A stretch of DNA of 64,000 bases from a virus. The notes below the pieces were generated by a model. It saw only the letters and a program-made list of their open reading frames with translations, was not told where the DNA came from and did no database searches. Below are positions 39,404 to 49,059 of the stretch, piece after piece (within the stretch, counting starts at the first letter, position 1; each line of letters starts with the position of its first letter). The stretch is from IMG/VR virus record IMGVR_UViG_3300032285_003860; one strand, given 5' to 3'. The translations under genes were made by a program, and so were the position numbers.

Positions 39404-41374
39404 ATGGACAAAAACAACTTTAATGGTCTTGAGGAAATGGCGAATTTTACATTCACTACTAAATACGCCAAGTATGATGAAAAAAAGAAACGCAGAGAAA
39501 CTTGGGACGAAACTGTTTCTCGCGTTGAAAAGATGCATTTAAAGAAATTCAATTATCTTTCGGAAAAAGATAAGGCTCAAATTTCTCAAGCTTTTGACTT
39601 TGTAAGAGAGAAAAAGATTACCCCTTCGATGCGCTCAATGCAATTTGGCGGTAAAGCCGTTGAGGCTCATAATGGTAGAATTTTCAATTGCGCTGTGCGC
39701 CATATTGATTCTCTTCGTTCTTTTGCGGAATCTTTTTATACTTTGCTGTGTGGCACTGGCGTCGGTTTTGGCATCACTAATTTCTTTCTGAATCGCTTAC
39801 CTGACTTAGTAAATTCAGGCGATAAAACTGGCACTGTCGTAACATATGTCGTTCAAGACAGCATTGAAGGATGGGGCGATTCAATTGAAGCATTGATGAA
39901 TTGTTATTTCAAAAATACTCCTTACTCTGGTCGTAAGATTGTATTTGATTACAGCCGCATTCGCCCAAAGGGAGCAAAATTAAAGACTGGTGGCGGCAAA
40001 GCTCCAGGATATAAAGGGCTAAAAAATTGCCATAAGAAAGTCAAAGCAATGCTTGATAAGATTATTGAAGATAATGGTCAGAAAAGACTCAAGACAATTG
40101 ACGCTTATGATATTTTGATGCACTGTGCTGATGCAGTTCTTAGCGGTGGAATTCGTCGCTCTGCTTGTAGCGTCATTTTTGAAGCCTCTGATGAGGACAT
40201 GATGAACGCAAAAACTGGAAAGTGGTTTGAAGAAAATGCGCAGAGAGCAAGAAGCAATAATTCTGCAATCATTATCCGTGAGAAAACTTCTTATAAAGAG
40301 TTTTGTAATCTTATCGAAAAAACCAAGCAATTTGGAGAACCAGGATTTTTATATGTTGTAGATGAAAAGCAACTTTTGAATCCCTGTTTTGAAATTTCAT
40401 TTATTCCAATGACTGCTGATGGGCGATGTGGTTTTCAATTTTGTAACTTGACATCTGTCAACGGGGCAAAAACTACAACTCTTCAAGAGTTTAAGGATGC
40501 AACTTGGGCAGCATCTCTTATTGGAACATTACAGGCTGGATATACAACATTCCCATATCTGGGGCACACCTCAGAAGAGTTGACTAGAGAAGAATCCTTG
40601 CTTGGCGTCTCAATAACAGGAATGATGGATAACCCAGATGTCTTGTTTAACGCCAAGAATCAAAAAGAAGCCGCAAAAGTTGCCGTCGAAACTAACAAAG
40701 AATGGGCGAAAAAGATTGGCATTAATCAAGCTGCACGTGTGACCTGCATCAAGCCAGAAGGAACAAATTCCATTGTTTTGTCTGCTGCTTCTGGTATTCA
40801 TCCACATCATGCTAGAAAGTATTTTCGCCGCATTCAGGTTAATAAAGAAGATAATGTCTATAATTTCTTTAAAATGTTTAATGACCACGCTTGTGAAGAA
40901 AGCGTCTGGAGCGCAAATAAGACTGATGATGTTATAACCTTTCCAATCGTCATCTCTGATAAAGCCAAAATCAAGAGCGATTTGAATGCAATTGAGCATT
41001 TAAAATTAATTAAATTAACCCAAGAAAATTGGGTTAATACAGGAACAACAGAGGTAAATAAAAAGCCTCTCAACCATAGTGTTAGCTGCACCGTAATGGT
41101 TAAAGATGACGAATGGGAAGAGGTAACAAAGTTCTTGTTTGAAAATCAAAAGGACTTTACTGCCGTTTCTCTTCTCCCATATTCTGGCGACAAGATTTAT
41201 AAACAAGCTCCTATGGAAGCAGTAATTACTCCAGAAGATGAAGCCAAGTTTGATGCCTTATTGAAAAATTGGAACAAGGTTGATTATAAAAAGCTTGAGG
41301 AAGACGAAGACACAACCAATCATGGAGCAGAAGCAGCGTGCGCTAGTGGAGCGTGTGAAGTAACTAAAATATAA
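39404..41374 (+). CDS. nrdJ: Class II (adenosylcobalamin-dependent) ribonucleotide reductase, monomeric type
   Basis: RETWDETV.RV, PSMR, FNCA, GTGVGF, GGIRRSA, NPCFEI, KPEGT, C-terminal CASGAC. Confidence 0.92.
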   Translation: MDKNNFNGLEEMANFTFTTKYAKYDEKKKRRETWDETVSRVEKMHLKKFNYLSEKDKAQISQAFDFVREKKITPSMRSMQFGGKAVEAHNGRIFNCAVRHIDSLRSFAESFYTLLCGTGVGFGITNFFLNRLPDLVNSGDKTGTVVTYVVQDSIEGWGDSIEALMNCYFKNTPYSGRKIVFDYSRIRPKGAKLKTGGGKAPGYKGLKNCHKKVKAMLDKIIEDNGQKRLKTIDAYDILMHCADAVLSGGIRRSACSVIFEASDEDMMNAKTGKWFEENAQRARSNNSAIIIREKTSYKEFCNLIEKTKQFGEPGFLYVVDEKQLLNPCFEISFIPMTADGRCGFQFCNLTSVNGAKTTTLQEFKDATWAASLIGTLQAGYTTFPYLGHTSEELTREESLLGVSITGMMDNPDVLFNAKNQKEAAKVAVETNKEWAKKIGINQAARVTCIKPEGTNSIVLSAASGIHPHHARKYFRRIQVNKEDNVYNFFKMFNDHACEESVWSANKTDDVITFPIVISDKAKIKSDLNAIEHLKLIKLTQENWVNTGTTEVNKKPLNHSVSCTVMVKDDEWEEVTKFLFENQKDFTAVSLLPYSGDKIYKQAPMEAVITPEDEAKFDALLKNWNKVDYKKLEEDEDTTNHGAEAACASGACEVTKI

Positions 41375-41375
41375 T

Positions 41376-41480
41376 ATGTATATTCAATTAGAATTTCCAT
41401 TTGTAGATCAATTCTATATAAAAAAAGAAACAACATCTTATCATTATGAATATGGTGTAACTATTGTTACTATTAAATAA
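41376..41480 (+). CDS. Small hypothetical peptide (34 aa)
   Basis: MYIQLEFPFVDQFYIKKETTSYHYEYGVTIVTIK, starts 1 nt after the nrdJ stop; below the ORF-track cutoff. Confidence 0.35.
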   Translation: MYIQLEFPFVDQFYIKKETTSYHYEYGVTIVTIK

Positions 41481-41485
41481 TTTTT

Positions 41486-41860
41486 GGGGACGTACTGGTT
41501 TCGATTTGCGAAAAACGACCTTAATTGCACACAGAGGATGATGGTTGGCCTCTTAAAATATCTATCAAAAACTCAACTGCTAACGCATTGAAATCGCTCG
41601 CTTTTGTGCCTGTTGTGGGCAGAGAAGTGGCTGCCGTAGCCTAATTGTTGGCTACCCGTTTGTCTCTTGATTCTCGCTATAGAGAACAAACGATATTGGC
41701 GAGAAAAAACGCAGGGGCTAATGTGCGTAATCAGGAGCTAAAAACTCAAAAGGAATGGAAAGTCAGTTCCAGTCTTTTGTTTTATCAAGTCTGACTAAGT
41801 GTGTAGAAATTTTGGGAGTTCGTTGCAAAGACGCGGGTTCAACTCCCGCCGTCTCCACCA
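41486..41860 (+). ncRNA. ssrA: tmRNA
   Basis: 5' GGGGACGTACTGGTTTCGA and 3' GCGGGTTCAACTCCCGCCGTCTCCACCA with G3.U70; tag ORF 41579-41644 ANALKSLAFVPVVGREVAAVA*. Confidence 0.93.
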
Positions 41861-41907
41861 ATTTATTTATTTGAATAATTTCTCGTATAACCTTGTCTAA
41901 TATAGAG

Positions 41908-42198
41908 ATGAATACTCCACCAGAAGATTTAAAGTCTCAAATGCTCACAGAAGCCATGCTTATCCTAAATTCTGTAGCCTTTCTTGAAAAACAAGTCTAT
42001 AATAAGATAGCTGAAATCGAAGAAGCCACAAACAACAACTTATACGAAGATGTTGAAAGATTAGAGATGGAAACAAAAGCCCTTCTTCGAAAAATCCAGT
42101 TGGAAAATTCCAACATGGACAGCTTTACAAAAAAGTATCAAGAAAGGGTCAATAATGAAAAAAAAGCAATTTTATCTAGTATTAAACAAAAAAAATAA
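41908..42198 (+). CDS. Hypothetical coiled-coil protein
   Basis: Helical ORF; likely ATG start at 41908. Confidence 0.55.
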   Translation: MNTPPEDLKSQMLTEAMLILNSVAFLEKQVYNKIAEIEEATNNNLYEDVERLEMETKALLRKIQLENSNMDSFTKKYQERVNNEKKAILSSIKQKK

Positions 42199-42307
42199 AT
42201 ATACATACGGCGCATTTCCAAGAACAAAAAAAGGAAAAGAAGAAGCTCTGGCGTATAAGGAAACACTTAAAAAAACTAATAAAAAATTAGAATTTGTAAT
42301 AAAGTGA
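42155..42307 (+). CDS. Small basic hypothetical protein (50 aa)
   Basis: MKKKQFYLVLNKKNKYTYGAFPRTKKG..., fills the gap between neighbouring ORFs. Confidence 0.5.
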   Translation: MKKKQFYLVLNKKNKYTYGAFPRTKKGKEEALAYKETLKKTNKKLEFVIK

Positions 42308-42309
42308 TT

Positions 42310-42498
42310 ATGGACAACGGAACAGATAAAAAAGAAAAAGCCCTAGAATTAATAGATCAATTAATCTCTCTTGAGAAACAAGTTGACCTTGAATACAAGA
42401 AACTTCTCTATGCCCAAAAGGGAGAAATGGTTGGCGCAGGAGATAATATAGTAGTCTTTCATTTAAAAATATTAAAAGATTTAGTCAAAGAACTATGA
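42310..42498 (+). CDS. Hypothetical protein
   Basis: ORF overlapping the next gene by ATGA. Confidence 0.55.
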   Translation: MDNGTDKKEKALELIDQLISLEKQVDLEYKKLLYAQKGEMVGAGDNIVVFHLKILKDLVKEL

Positions 42499-42788
42499 TT
42501 ACTATTGGTTTGATAAACGAGCTTAAATTTATTTCGGATTCGTTAAAGTCTCCAGTATCTATGGAGCTAAAGACCGACAGAGTAAAAGAAAAAATTATCG
42601 TTAAAATAAAAGATGATTTTTTAGATATATGGTATATGGACAACCATATATGGACTGAAAATCTAAAAGAGTCAAGGAGCATGTTTGGGATAGAAAGCTG
42701 TGATAATATCGCAAAGATAATTTGGATTATTGATTCTGGAGACAAAGAGAATTGGGGGCGCTTCGCTTTTTATGATGAAAAAACTTGA
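42495..42788 (+). CDS. Hypothetical protein
   Basis: 97-aa ORF in operon. Confidence 0.55.
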   Translation: MITIGLINELKFISDSLKSPVSMELKTDRVKEKIIVKIKDDFLDIWYMDNHIWTENLKESRSMFGIESCDNIAKIIWIIDSGDKENWGRFAFYDEKT

Positions 42789-42813
42789 CAAATAAAGAAC
42801 CATAAGTTATTCT
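42785..42813 (+). promoter_or_regulatory. sigma70-type promoter
   Basis: TTGACA-N17-TATTCT before the ECF sigma gene. Confidence 0.55.
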
Positions 42814-42824
42814 TTTGTCATCAA

Positions 42825-43340
42825 ATGACAAATCAAGAATTTTCAGAAAAAATAGAGTCTTCAATTCAAAAAGGAAAAGCTTTTTTACATACTAAATTTA
42901 AACTATCATCACACGACGCAGAAGATTGCGTGCAGAATTCAGCCGTAAAAGCTTATAAAAATCTTTCTTCTTTTAATGCAAAATCCCAATTTGATACATG
43001 GTTTCTAACGATAGTTAGAAATGAAGCGTTAAATTTCCTTTCCAAGAAGAGTTTGCAATGCGTTGAGTTGCAAGAAGCCCTGTCAGTCAAAGCAATAGAA
43101 GAAGAGTCAAATAAAGACTACATCTCCTTGGTGGAGCAGGGGCTTACCCATCTTAATGAGAAAAATAAAACAATCATTGAAATGTCTTTAAAAGATTGTT
43201 ATTCGACAAAAGAAATGTCGGAGATTTTAAATATCCCAATGTCCTCAGTAAGGACCCGTCTTTTTTACGCAAAAAAGAAATTAAAAAGTATAATAAAGAG
43301 AAATGCATACAAATCAAACATACAACTCCCTAATCATTGA
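42825..43340 (+). CDS. ECF-type RNA polymerase sigma factor
   Basis: DAEDCVQ...KAY..L.SF..KSQFDTWF..IVRN; region 4 EMSEILNIPMSSVRTRLFYAKKKL. Confidence 0.9.
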   Translation: MTNQEFSEKIESSIQKGKAFLHTKFKLSSHDAEDCVQNSAVKAYKNLSSFNAKSQFDTWFLTIVRNEALNFLSKKSLQCVELQEALSVKAIEEESNKDYISLVEQGLTHLNEKNKTIIEMSLKDCYSTKEMSEILNIPMSSVRTRLFYAKKKLKSIIKRNAYKSNIQLPNH

Positions 43341-43869
43341 AAACGTGGGGAAGATTCAGTTCCCTGCTTCTCTAAATAAAACAATAGAGAAAATTGATTG
43401 GGCAAAACAATCTTGGATGTCTATTGGTCTTCCGGCGTTTGGTTCTGTTTTTTGTGTCTCTAATGATATCTTGTATTTTCAAGAAGATGCATCAGGTAAT
43501 GTTTCGCTAAAATTGAGCGAATTTACTGGAGAAGTCTTGGCAAACACAACCTTGGTTCCTGAAGAAAAAGACCAAGATAGCTATGTTGTTTCCTTTAAAC
43601 TCTTGTTCTTTAAGGGTCTACTTTGTGAATCAGAGATGAAAGAATTAAAAGCCATTCCTTATAAAGAATATTCGGAGGGCTTTGAGAAGTTTAAAATTGA
43701 AACAGACAAAAAGATAAAAATAATTAATAGTTTCTGGTATAGAAGGGTTTATAAACCTTATTCTTTTTTGGTAAAGGGAGTGGCACTAGTCTTTATTGCC
43801 CCCGTAGAATTCATTACAAAGATAATGTATAAATCTTTTGAGGCGATGCTATTCATTGATGAATCTTAA
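43303..43869 (+). CDS. Hypothetical protein with hydrophobic C-terminus
   Basis: 188-aa ORF overlapping the ECF sigma gene. Confidence 0.5.
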   Translation: MHTNQTYNSLIIENVGKIQFPASLNKTIEKIDWAKQSWMSIGLPAFGSVFCVSNDILYFQEDASGNVSLKLSEFTGEVLANTTLVPEEKDQDSYVVSFKLLFFKGLLCESEMKELKAIPYKEYSEGFEKFKIETDKKIKIINSFWYRRVYKPYSFLVKGVALVFIAPVEFITKIMYKSFEAMLFIDES

Positions 43870-43912
43870 AAAATAATTTGACAAAATACAAAACTTAATT
43901 AATAATAACTAT

Positions 43913-44134
43913 ATGAATCAACAAATGGACCAACAAATGGCTCTAAATGAGCTACTCAAAGATGCGACAGACATGGCTTGTTCTTGTGGTAATATTTATT
44001 TTACCCCAGCAATTAACCTTAAAAAGGTCTCTGCCTTGATTTCTCCCACCCAAAAGGAAGAACTCGCGCAAATGGGCGTACTGCTATGTTCAAAATGCGG
44101 TATCAAGTTTGAACGCCCAACGATAATTTCGTAA
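43913..44134 (+). CDS. Small zinc-ribbon protein
   Basis: CSCG...CSKCG. Confidence 0.65.
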   Translation: MNQQMDQQMALNELLKDATDMACSCGNIYFTPAINLKKVSALISPTQKEELAQMGVLLCSKCGIKFERPTIIS

Positions 44135-44148
44135 TAGCACTAGAAAAC

Positions 44149-44193
44149 AAAAAAACCCGCCAGATGAAAATCTAGCGGGTCATTCTTTTTTTT
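44149..44193. terminator. Bidirectional intrinsic terminator between convergent genes
   Basis: A-tract ACCCGC.AGAT-GAAA-ATCT.GCGGGT T-tract. Confidence 0.75.
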
Positions 44194-44201
44194 ACTCTTT
44201 A

Positions 44202-44855
44202 CTAGAACTTGTCTTTTAATTCTTTTTCTCTGGCTGGATTAAGAGGGGAGTCATAAGGATATTCTTTTCCAGTCTTGTTAACTGCAACTTCGTCATCATA
44301 ACAAGGTTCAACATTACGCAATTCAGGCAATGATTTAAGAATGTCGTCCTCAGAATACCATGTGTATCCATCCCAATCTTCATTTGGGTCAACAAGAACA
44401 GGTTTTTCATAATAGTATTCAGTCAGCTCTTTGAGTCTTGATGGCTGTTCTTGAACAAGAGGATTGGTAGGGGAAATAATTTTATTCAAATGATTCATTT
44501 CATCACTCAAACCAGCAACATCTCCAATTTTTGTTGGAGTTTGTGGTTCATTTCTTGAGGCAATTGATGAAACTGGCTTTGAACTCCACATTTTGCAAGA
44601 CCAATAATTGGCTTTCCATTTGGGTCCAGGAGTTTCGCAATGATGACGGGCGCGATAACTTTTTTGACGCTCTGGATTATCGCGTTTGATTTCCATGTTT
44701 GGGTCACCAAATGTAACTTTAACAATGTTGCCTTTGTCATTTTTTACATAAACGGCAAACTTTTTGGGGCCATCTGGGGTACGAAAAGGCTTATTTAAAG
44801 CTCTCTTTTCTTTTGTGGCAGCAAGACTGTGTGAAAAATCAACAATGTATTTCAT
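44202..44855 (-). CDS. Conserved phage protein (DUF6321-like)
   Basis: KKFAVYVKN..GNIVKVTFGD..M.I....PER..SYRARHHC....YWSC..W. Confidence 0.65.
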   Translation of the reverse strand: MKYIVDFSHSLAATKEKRALNKPFRTPDGPKKFAVYVKNDKGNIVKVTFGDPNMEIKRDNPERQKSYRARHHCETPGPKWKANYWSCKMWSSKPVSSIASRNEPQTPTKIGDVAGLSDEMNHLNKIISPTNPLVQEQPSRLKELTEYYYEKPVLVDPNEDWDGYTWYSEDDILKSLPELRNVEPCYDDEVAVNKTGKEYPYDSPLNPAREKELKDKF

Positions 44856-44891
44856 ATAATTATATTTATTATTACACTTTTATCTGTTATC

Positions 44892-45881
44892 TTACAGGGC
44901 TTTTTCTTTTACCTTCTTTTCGATGATTTCTCCCAAGTTTATCAAGGGTTTTGTCTTTTCCGTTGATTGGAAGCTGTCTTGAAATCCGCCATCATCAAAT
45001 TTTTGAGCATCCCAACCGCTAGAAATCTGCTTGTTTGGAGGAGTAAAGCCAGAATCAAATGAGTCTTTTGGCAAATAATTGTCTCCAATAGGAGTAACTT
45101 GATTTTGTCCTTTTATTTCTAATTGTAAAGAATCAACTACTCCGCCTTCATAAGGGTAACCGCCTTTATGGTCGTCTCCAGAAATTTGTTTTTTAATATC
45201 TTTTGATTTGGGTTTTTCGCCTTTATAGTCAAGATGACCATCCTCATTGCGGTATGTTTTTAAAATCCACAAATTTTTAACATAAGAGTTTTTCTCTCCA
45301 AATTTATGATTGGCTCTCTGTTTAATACGAGATAGCTTCTCTTGATCTTTGTAAGTCACAGAAGCAAAATCAATTTCTTGTTTATGAATATCAGATATTG
45401 GTTTCATAGCAGCACTTTGAGGGTTTTGATTTCCATAGGGATAAATTTCCATAAAAGCATCTTGTGGCGTAGGTTTCATCTTGTCCAATTCTTTTGGAGT
45501 TAAAAAGTCAGCTGGGCGGTGATGTTGTTGTTCAAATAAAGTCGTTTTATCACTTTTGTCTATTTTTTCTTGTTCGGCTAGAGTTTGAGCAGGCAAGACA
45601 TCTTTAGTTAAATCAAGCTGTGCATCAAAAAAGACTTTGCTATCTTCAGTATAATCTCTCTTTTTTAATACAGTATCAACAGAACCTTTGAAAAAATCTA
45701 TCTCATCATCAATAAAAGGATTTTTATCGTTTCCAATGGGATTTTTTGAAGCAGTATTAATTTCTTCTGAAATTTCTTGGACTGCGTCTTTATTTTTATT
45801 TTTTTCTATCCAATATTTTTCTCTCCAAGAATCATAAGGTTCGTCATGGAAAAGGTCAATATTCTTAAATATATTAGCCAT
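44892..45881 (-). CDS. Hypothetical phage protein
   Basis: 329-aa charged ORF preceded by GTGTAA motif. Confidence 0.55.
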   Translation of the reverse strand: MANIFKNIDLFHDEPYDSWREKYWIEKNKNKDAVQEISEEINTASKNPIGNDKNPFIDDEIDFFKGSVDTVLKKRDYTEDSKVFFDAQLDLTKDVLPAQTLAEQEKIDKSDKTTLFEQQHHRPADFLTPKELDKMKPTPQDAFMEIYPYGNQNPQSAAMKPISDIHKQEIDFASVTYKDQEKLSRIKQRANHKFGEKNSYVKNLWILKTYRNEDGHLDYKGEKPKSKDIKKQISGDDHKGGYPYEGGVVDSLQLEIKGQNQVTPIGDNYLPKDSFDSGFTPPNKQISSGWDAQKFDDGGFQDSFQSTEKTKPLINLGEIIEKKVKEKAL

Positions 45882-45941
45882 ATCTAATTATATTACACAA
45901 AAAATGACATTCTATTATTTTATTTGTGTGTAAGTATTTTT

Positions 45942-46175
45942 ATGAACGAACAAGATAAACCAAAATTGAATGACCCAGAGCCAAATAAAGAAAATCCTCA
46001 AACAAATGATAATTCTTCTATTCTTGGAGTATCAATTAGGGGATGGATTGCAATGGTTGTGGTTGCAACAATCTGCTTAATGTCTGGATTAAAGATAGAC
46101 ATTAAAGAACCTTTATATACATTAGCTGGATTGATTGTTGGGTTCTACTTTGGGCAGAATCCTAAAAAGTCATAA
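45942..46175 (+). CDS. Small two-TM membrane protein (holin-like)
   Basis: SIRGWIAMVVVATICLM and LYTLAGLIVGFYFG helices. Confidence 0.55.
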   Translation: MNEQDKPKLNDPEPNKENPQTNDNSSILGVSIRGWIAMVVVATICLMSGLKIDIKEPLYTLAGLIVGFYFGQNPKKS

Positions 46176-46178
46176 GTC

Positions 46179-46697
46179 ATGCCTTACAAAAATCCAGAGC
46201 AAAAAGCTGCCTATGCCGCGAGGTATAGAGAGACAAATAGAAAAAAAGCAAATACTTATGCCAAGCAGTATCGCATAGAAAATAAGGAGATAGTTGTTTC
46301 TAAAGTCAAAGCATGGAGGCAACATAATCCTAATTGGGAAAGAGTTTCAGGTTACAATATAAAAAGGAACGCCAGTAGAAAAAAACGCTATAATACCAAT
46401 ATTCTGTATCGTTTGAAAGCTATTTACCGCGCCAATTTGACTCGTTATGTTTATCTAAAAAATGGCAAACACACCGATGAATTACTAGGATGCTCGATTG
46501 AGGAATTAAAAAATTATTTGACTTCAAAATTTCAAAAAGGAATGACTTGGGGGAATTATGGCAAGGGATGGCACATTGACCATATTGAACCATTATGCAG
46601 AGCAAAAACTTATAAAGAATTTGAGACTCTTTCTCATTTCACCAATTTACAACCACTATGGGCAGAGGATAATTTATCTAAAGGAAATAAGTTTTGA
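46179..46697 (+). CDS. HNH-type homing endonuclease
   Basis: LLGCSIEELK.YL..KF..GMTW.NYG..WHIDHI.P...HFTNLQPLWAEDN..K. Confidence 0.85.
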   Translation: MPYKNPEQKAAYAARYRETNRKKANTYAKQYRIENKEIVVSKVKAWRQHNPNWERVSGYNIKRNASRKKRYNTNILYRLKAIYRANLTRYVYLKNGKHTDELLGCSIEELKNYLTSKFQKGMTWGNYGKGWHIDHIEPLCRAKTYKEFETLSHFTNLQPLWAEDNLSKGNKF

Positions 46698-46712
46698 TTC
46701 TATAATAAGTAT

Positions 46713-47228
46713 ATGAAAAAGTTTTTAACTATTATTGGTATTGGATTAGTTAGTTTTGGCCTTTTAACTGGCTGTGTGACTGCATCAAACCCAAGCGGTC
46801 AAGTTGCTGTTGGTGGAGTTCATATTGACCCCGCTGCAACAGGCAATGCTGTTCGCATTGCTGCTAAATTGGGCGCAATGGCAGAAATTAGACATGACCC
46901 TAAAACTAGAGAATACTTTCAGCTTTCGGCGGCAGGAGTGGGAGCAATTATTGCGGCAGGAAACTATAATCCAACCAATATTCAAGCATCTCTTGATGGT
47001 TTAACTGGTAATTCTACAGTTTCAATGAGTATTGCAGATGCCCTTTCTCTTTATCAAGACTTTTTTGGTAAATTAGTTTCCGAAAAGCTTGATGCACAAA
47101 GCCCATATACAATTCCTGTGCTTACTGGTCTTGCCTTGGGATTACAAGATGCTGTAAATTTGACTGCTCCAGCATCAAATAATACAGATGCCACGACCCC
47201 TAATACGATACCATCTCCAACAAAATAA
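46713..47228 (+). CDS. Lipoprotein
   Basis: Signal peptide with lipobox LLTGC. Confidence 0.7.
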   Translation: MKKFLTIIGIGLVSFGLLTGCVTASNPSGQVAVGGVHIDPAATGNAVRIAAKLGAMAEIRHDPKTREYFQLSAAGVGAIIAAGNYNPTNIQASLDGLTGNSTVSMSIADALSLYQDFFGKLVSEKLDAQSPYTIPVLTGLALGLQDAVNLTAPASNNTDATTPNTIPSPTK

Positions 47229-47234
47229 ATTATT

Positions 47235-47429
47235 ATGGGTTTTTTATCTGGAATCTTTACTGCAATAACTGGAGTCTTTAACTATATTGTTGGGCGTTCT
47301 AATGCAAATAACGCTGCGGATGTAAAAGCTGCCCAAAAAGGTAAAGATGAAGCCATGCAAGTAGATAAAACAAATAAAGCCATTGAAAAAAGAGACACCA
47401 AGGAAATGCAAAATGAACTTAGTGAATAA
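47235..47429 (+). CDS. Small membrane-anchored protein (i-spanin-like)
   Basis: Amphipathic N-terminus then charged helix; overlaps the next lipoprotein gene. Confidence 0.45.
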   Translation: MGFLSGIFTAITGVFNYIVGRSNANNAADVKAAQKGKDEAMQVDKTNKAIEKRDTKEMQNELSE

Positions 47430-47766
47430 ATATATTTTATTATTATCTGTGGCTTTATTTTTAAGCGTGGGATGTGTTAGTACAATCACACCTGTTCAAG
47501 TTGTTTCAAATGGAGCCTCGTTTGATAATGGAGAAAGAAATAGCGGATTCATTGGATGGACAACAAATAATTCAATTACTTATGCTATTATTTCTGAACA
47601 CGCAAGAGATAGATACAATGCTTTAATTGATATTTACGGCAATAAAATTATACCACCAATTAAAAAAGATTATGGTGTAACAGATAATAAAACAAATTGC
47701 TTTATTACTCTTGAGGCGCTCTCTAATTTTGCCAAAATGAATCGTTGGCGCAAAAACGGGCAATAA
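47413..47766 (+). CDS. Lipoprotein (o-spanin-like)
   Basis: MNLVNKYILLLSVALFLSVGC lipobox. Confidence 0.55.
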   Translation: MNLVNKYILLLSVALFLSVGCVSTITPVQVVSNGASFDNGERNSGFIGWTTNNSITYAIISEHARDRYNALIDIYGNKIIPPIKKDYGVTDNKTNCFITLEALSNFAKMNRWRKNGQ

Positions 47767-47807
47767 ATTAACATATTCCCCTTTGTTTTGTGTAATAAAG
47801 GAGGAAT

Positions 47808-48434
47808 ATGGAACAATTTTTTTTAGACAATTCCAATAAAATTTATTATTTAATTTCTGTTTTTACGGCAGTTGTCACTTTTGTAGGTTTTTTATCTAAA
47901 TATTTAAGAAAGATAATAATTAAAATTAGAGAAAGAAACGCTAGAGTGGAGGAAATCCACAATAAAGTAGAAAAAATCTTTGAAGAAATTACCCCAAACC
48001 ACGGCTCCTCAATAAAAGATAAGATAAATTCATTAGATAAACGAATGGATAAAGTAGACGAAAATCTTGTTCTAAATAACAAATTAACTGAAAAAATATT
48101 TTACAGACAAAGATGGATATTAGATAATCAAGCCGCAGCAGTTTTTGAAAGTGATGTTAATGGAAAATGTATCTGGGCAAATGTTCATTATTTAAAATTA
48201 GTTCAAAGAGACATGGCTTTTATACTTGGCAATGGATGGAAAAATATTATTCATCCAGATGATAGAGAAAGAGTCATAATTAATTGGGATCGTTGCGTAG
48301 AAGATGGGATTGACGCAGAAGATACATACAGAATCATTGATATTGAAGGAAGAGTTTATAGGGTTTTCTGTTCTGCTACCAAAACAGAAGGTAATGGATA
48401 CATTGGCTCAATAAAAGTGCTTGATAACGAGTAA
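47808..48434 (+). CDS. Membrane-anchored PAS-domain protein
   Basis: N-terminal TM, coiled coil with PNHGSSIKD, PAS motifs D.NG.CIWAN...LGNGW..IIHPDDRERV...W; SD GGAGG. Confidence 0.8.
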   Translation: MEQFFLDNSNKIYYLISVFTAVVTFVGFLSKYLRKIIIKIRERNARVEEIHNKVEKIFEEITPNHGSSIKDKINSLDKRMDKVDENLVLNNKLTEKIFYRQRWILDNQAAAVFESDVNGKCIWANVHYLKLVQRDMAFILGNGWKNIIHPDDRERVIINWDRCVEDGIDAEDTYRIIDIEGRVYRVFCSATKTEGNGYIGSIKVLDNE

Positions 48435-48481
48435 TATTTATTTTTTATAAAAGAATCATTTTTTGCCCTATAATAAACATT

Positions 48482-49039
48482 ATGGAGCAGGAAAATAGAA
48501 GCCGCACTTATAAAAGGCGCACCAATATAACAATAAATTGTTCTGGGTGCGGTAAATCTTTCGAAAGAATAGAATACGAATTTGAAAGAAAATCTGCGCA
48601 AGGACAAACAAAATTCTTTTGTACTGAAAGCTGCGCTAAAAAATCAATTGGATTGGCAAGGATAAACGAATTTAGTCCATTTAAAATAATTTTTGCGGCA
48701 TCAAAAAGTGGTGCAAAAAAGAAAAAACTAGAATTTAATTTGACCCTAATTGAATTGAAAAAGAAATGGGACGAACAAAAAGGAATTTGCCCCTATTCTA
48801 AAAAGAAAATGGTTTTACCCACAAGTGCTTCCAAAAAAACTGTTATACCTTCACTAAAATCTGCCTCTTTAGACAGAATAGATTCTTCAAAGGGTTATAC
48901 ATTGGATAATATAGAATTTGTTACCAGATTTGTAAATTTAGGAAAAAATACATATTCAGGAGAAGATGTTCATAGTTTTTTAAAAGAAATGGTTGAAGAG
49001 TGGAATCGTAACAAAATTGACTCACTGCCAAACATATAA
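48482..49039 (+). CDS. HNH-like endonuclease with N-terminal zinc finger
   Basis: CSGCGKSF..FFCTESC; QKGICPYS..ASLDRIDSSKGY..DNI.FV...VNLGK. Confidence 0.8.
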   Translation: MEQENRSRTYKRRTNITINCSGCGKSFERIEYEFERKSAQGQTKFFCTESCAKKSIGLARINEFSPFKIIFAASKSGAKKKKLEFNLTLIELKKKWDEQKGICPYSKKKMVLPTSASKKTVIPSLKSASLDRIDSSKGYTLDNIEFVTRFVNLGKNTYSGEDVHSFLKEMVEEWNRNKIDSLPNI

Positions 49040-49059
49040 AGCGTGTAAGTTAAGATAGA

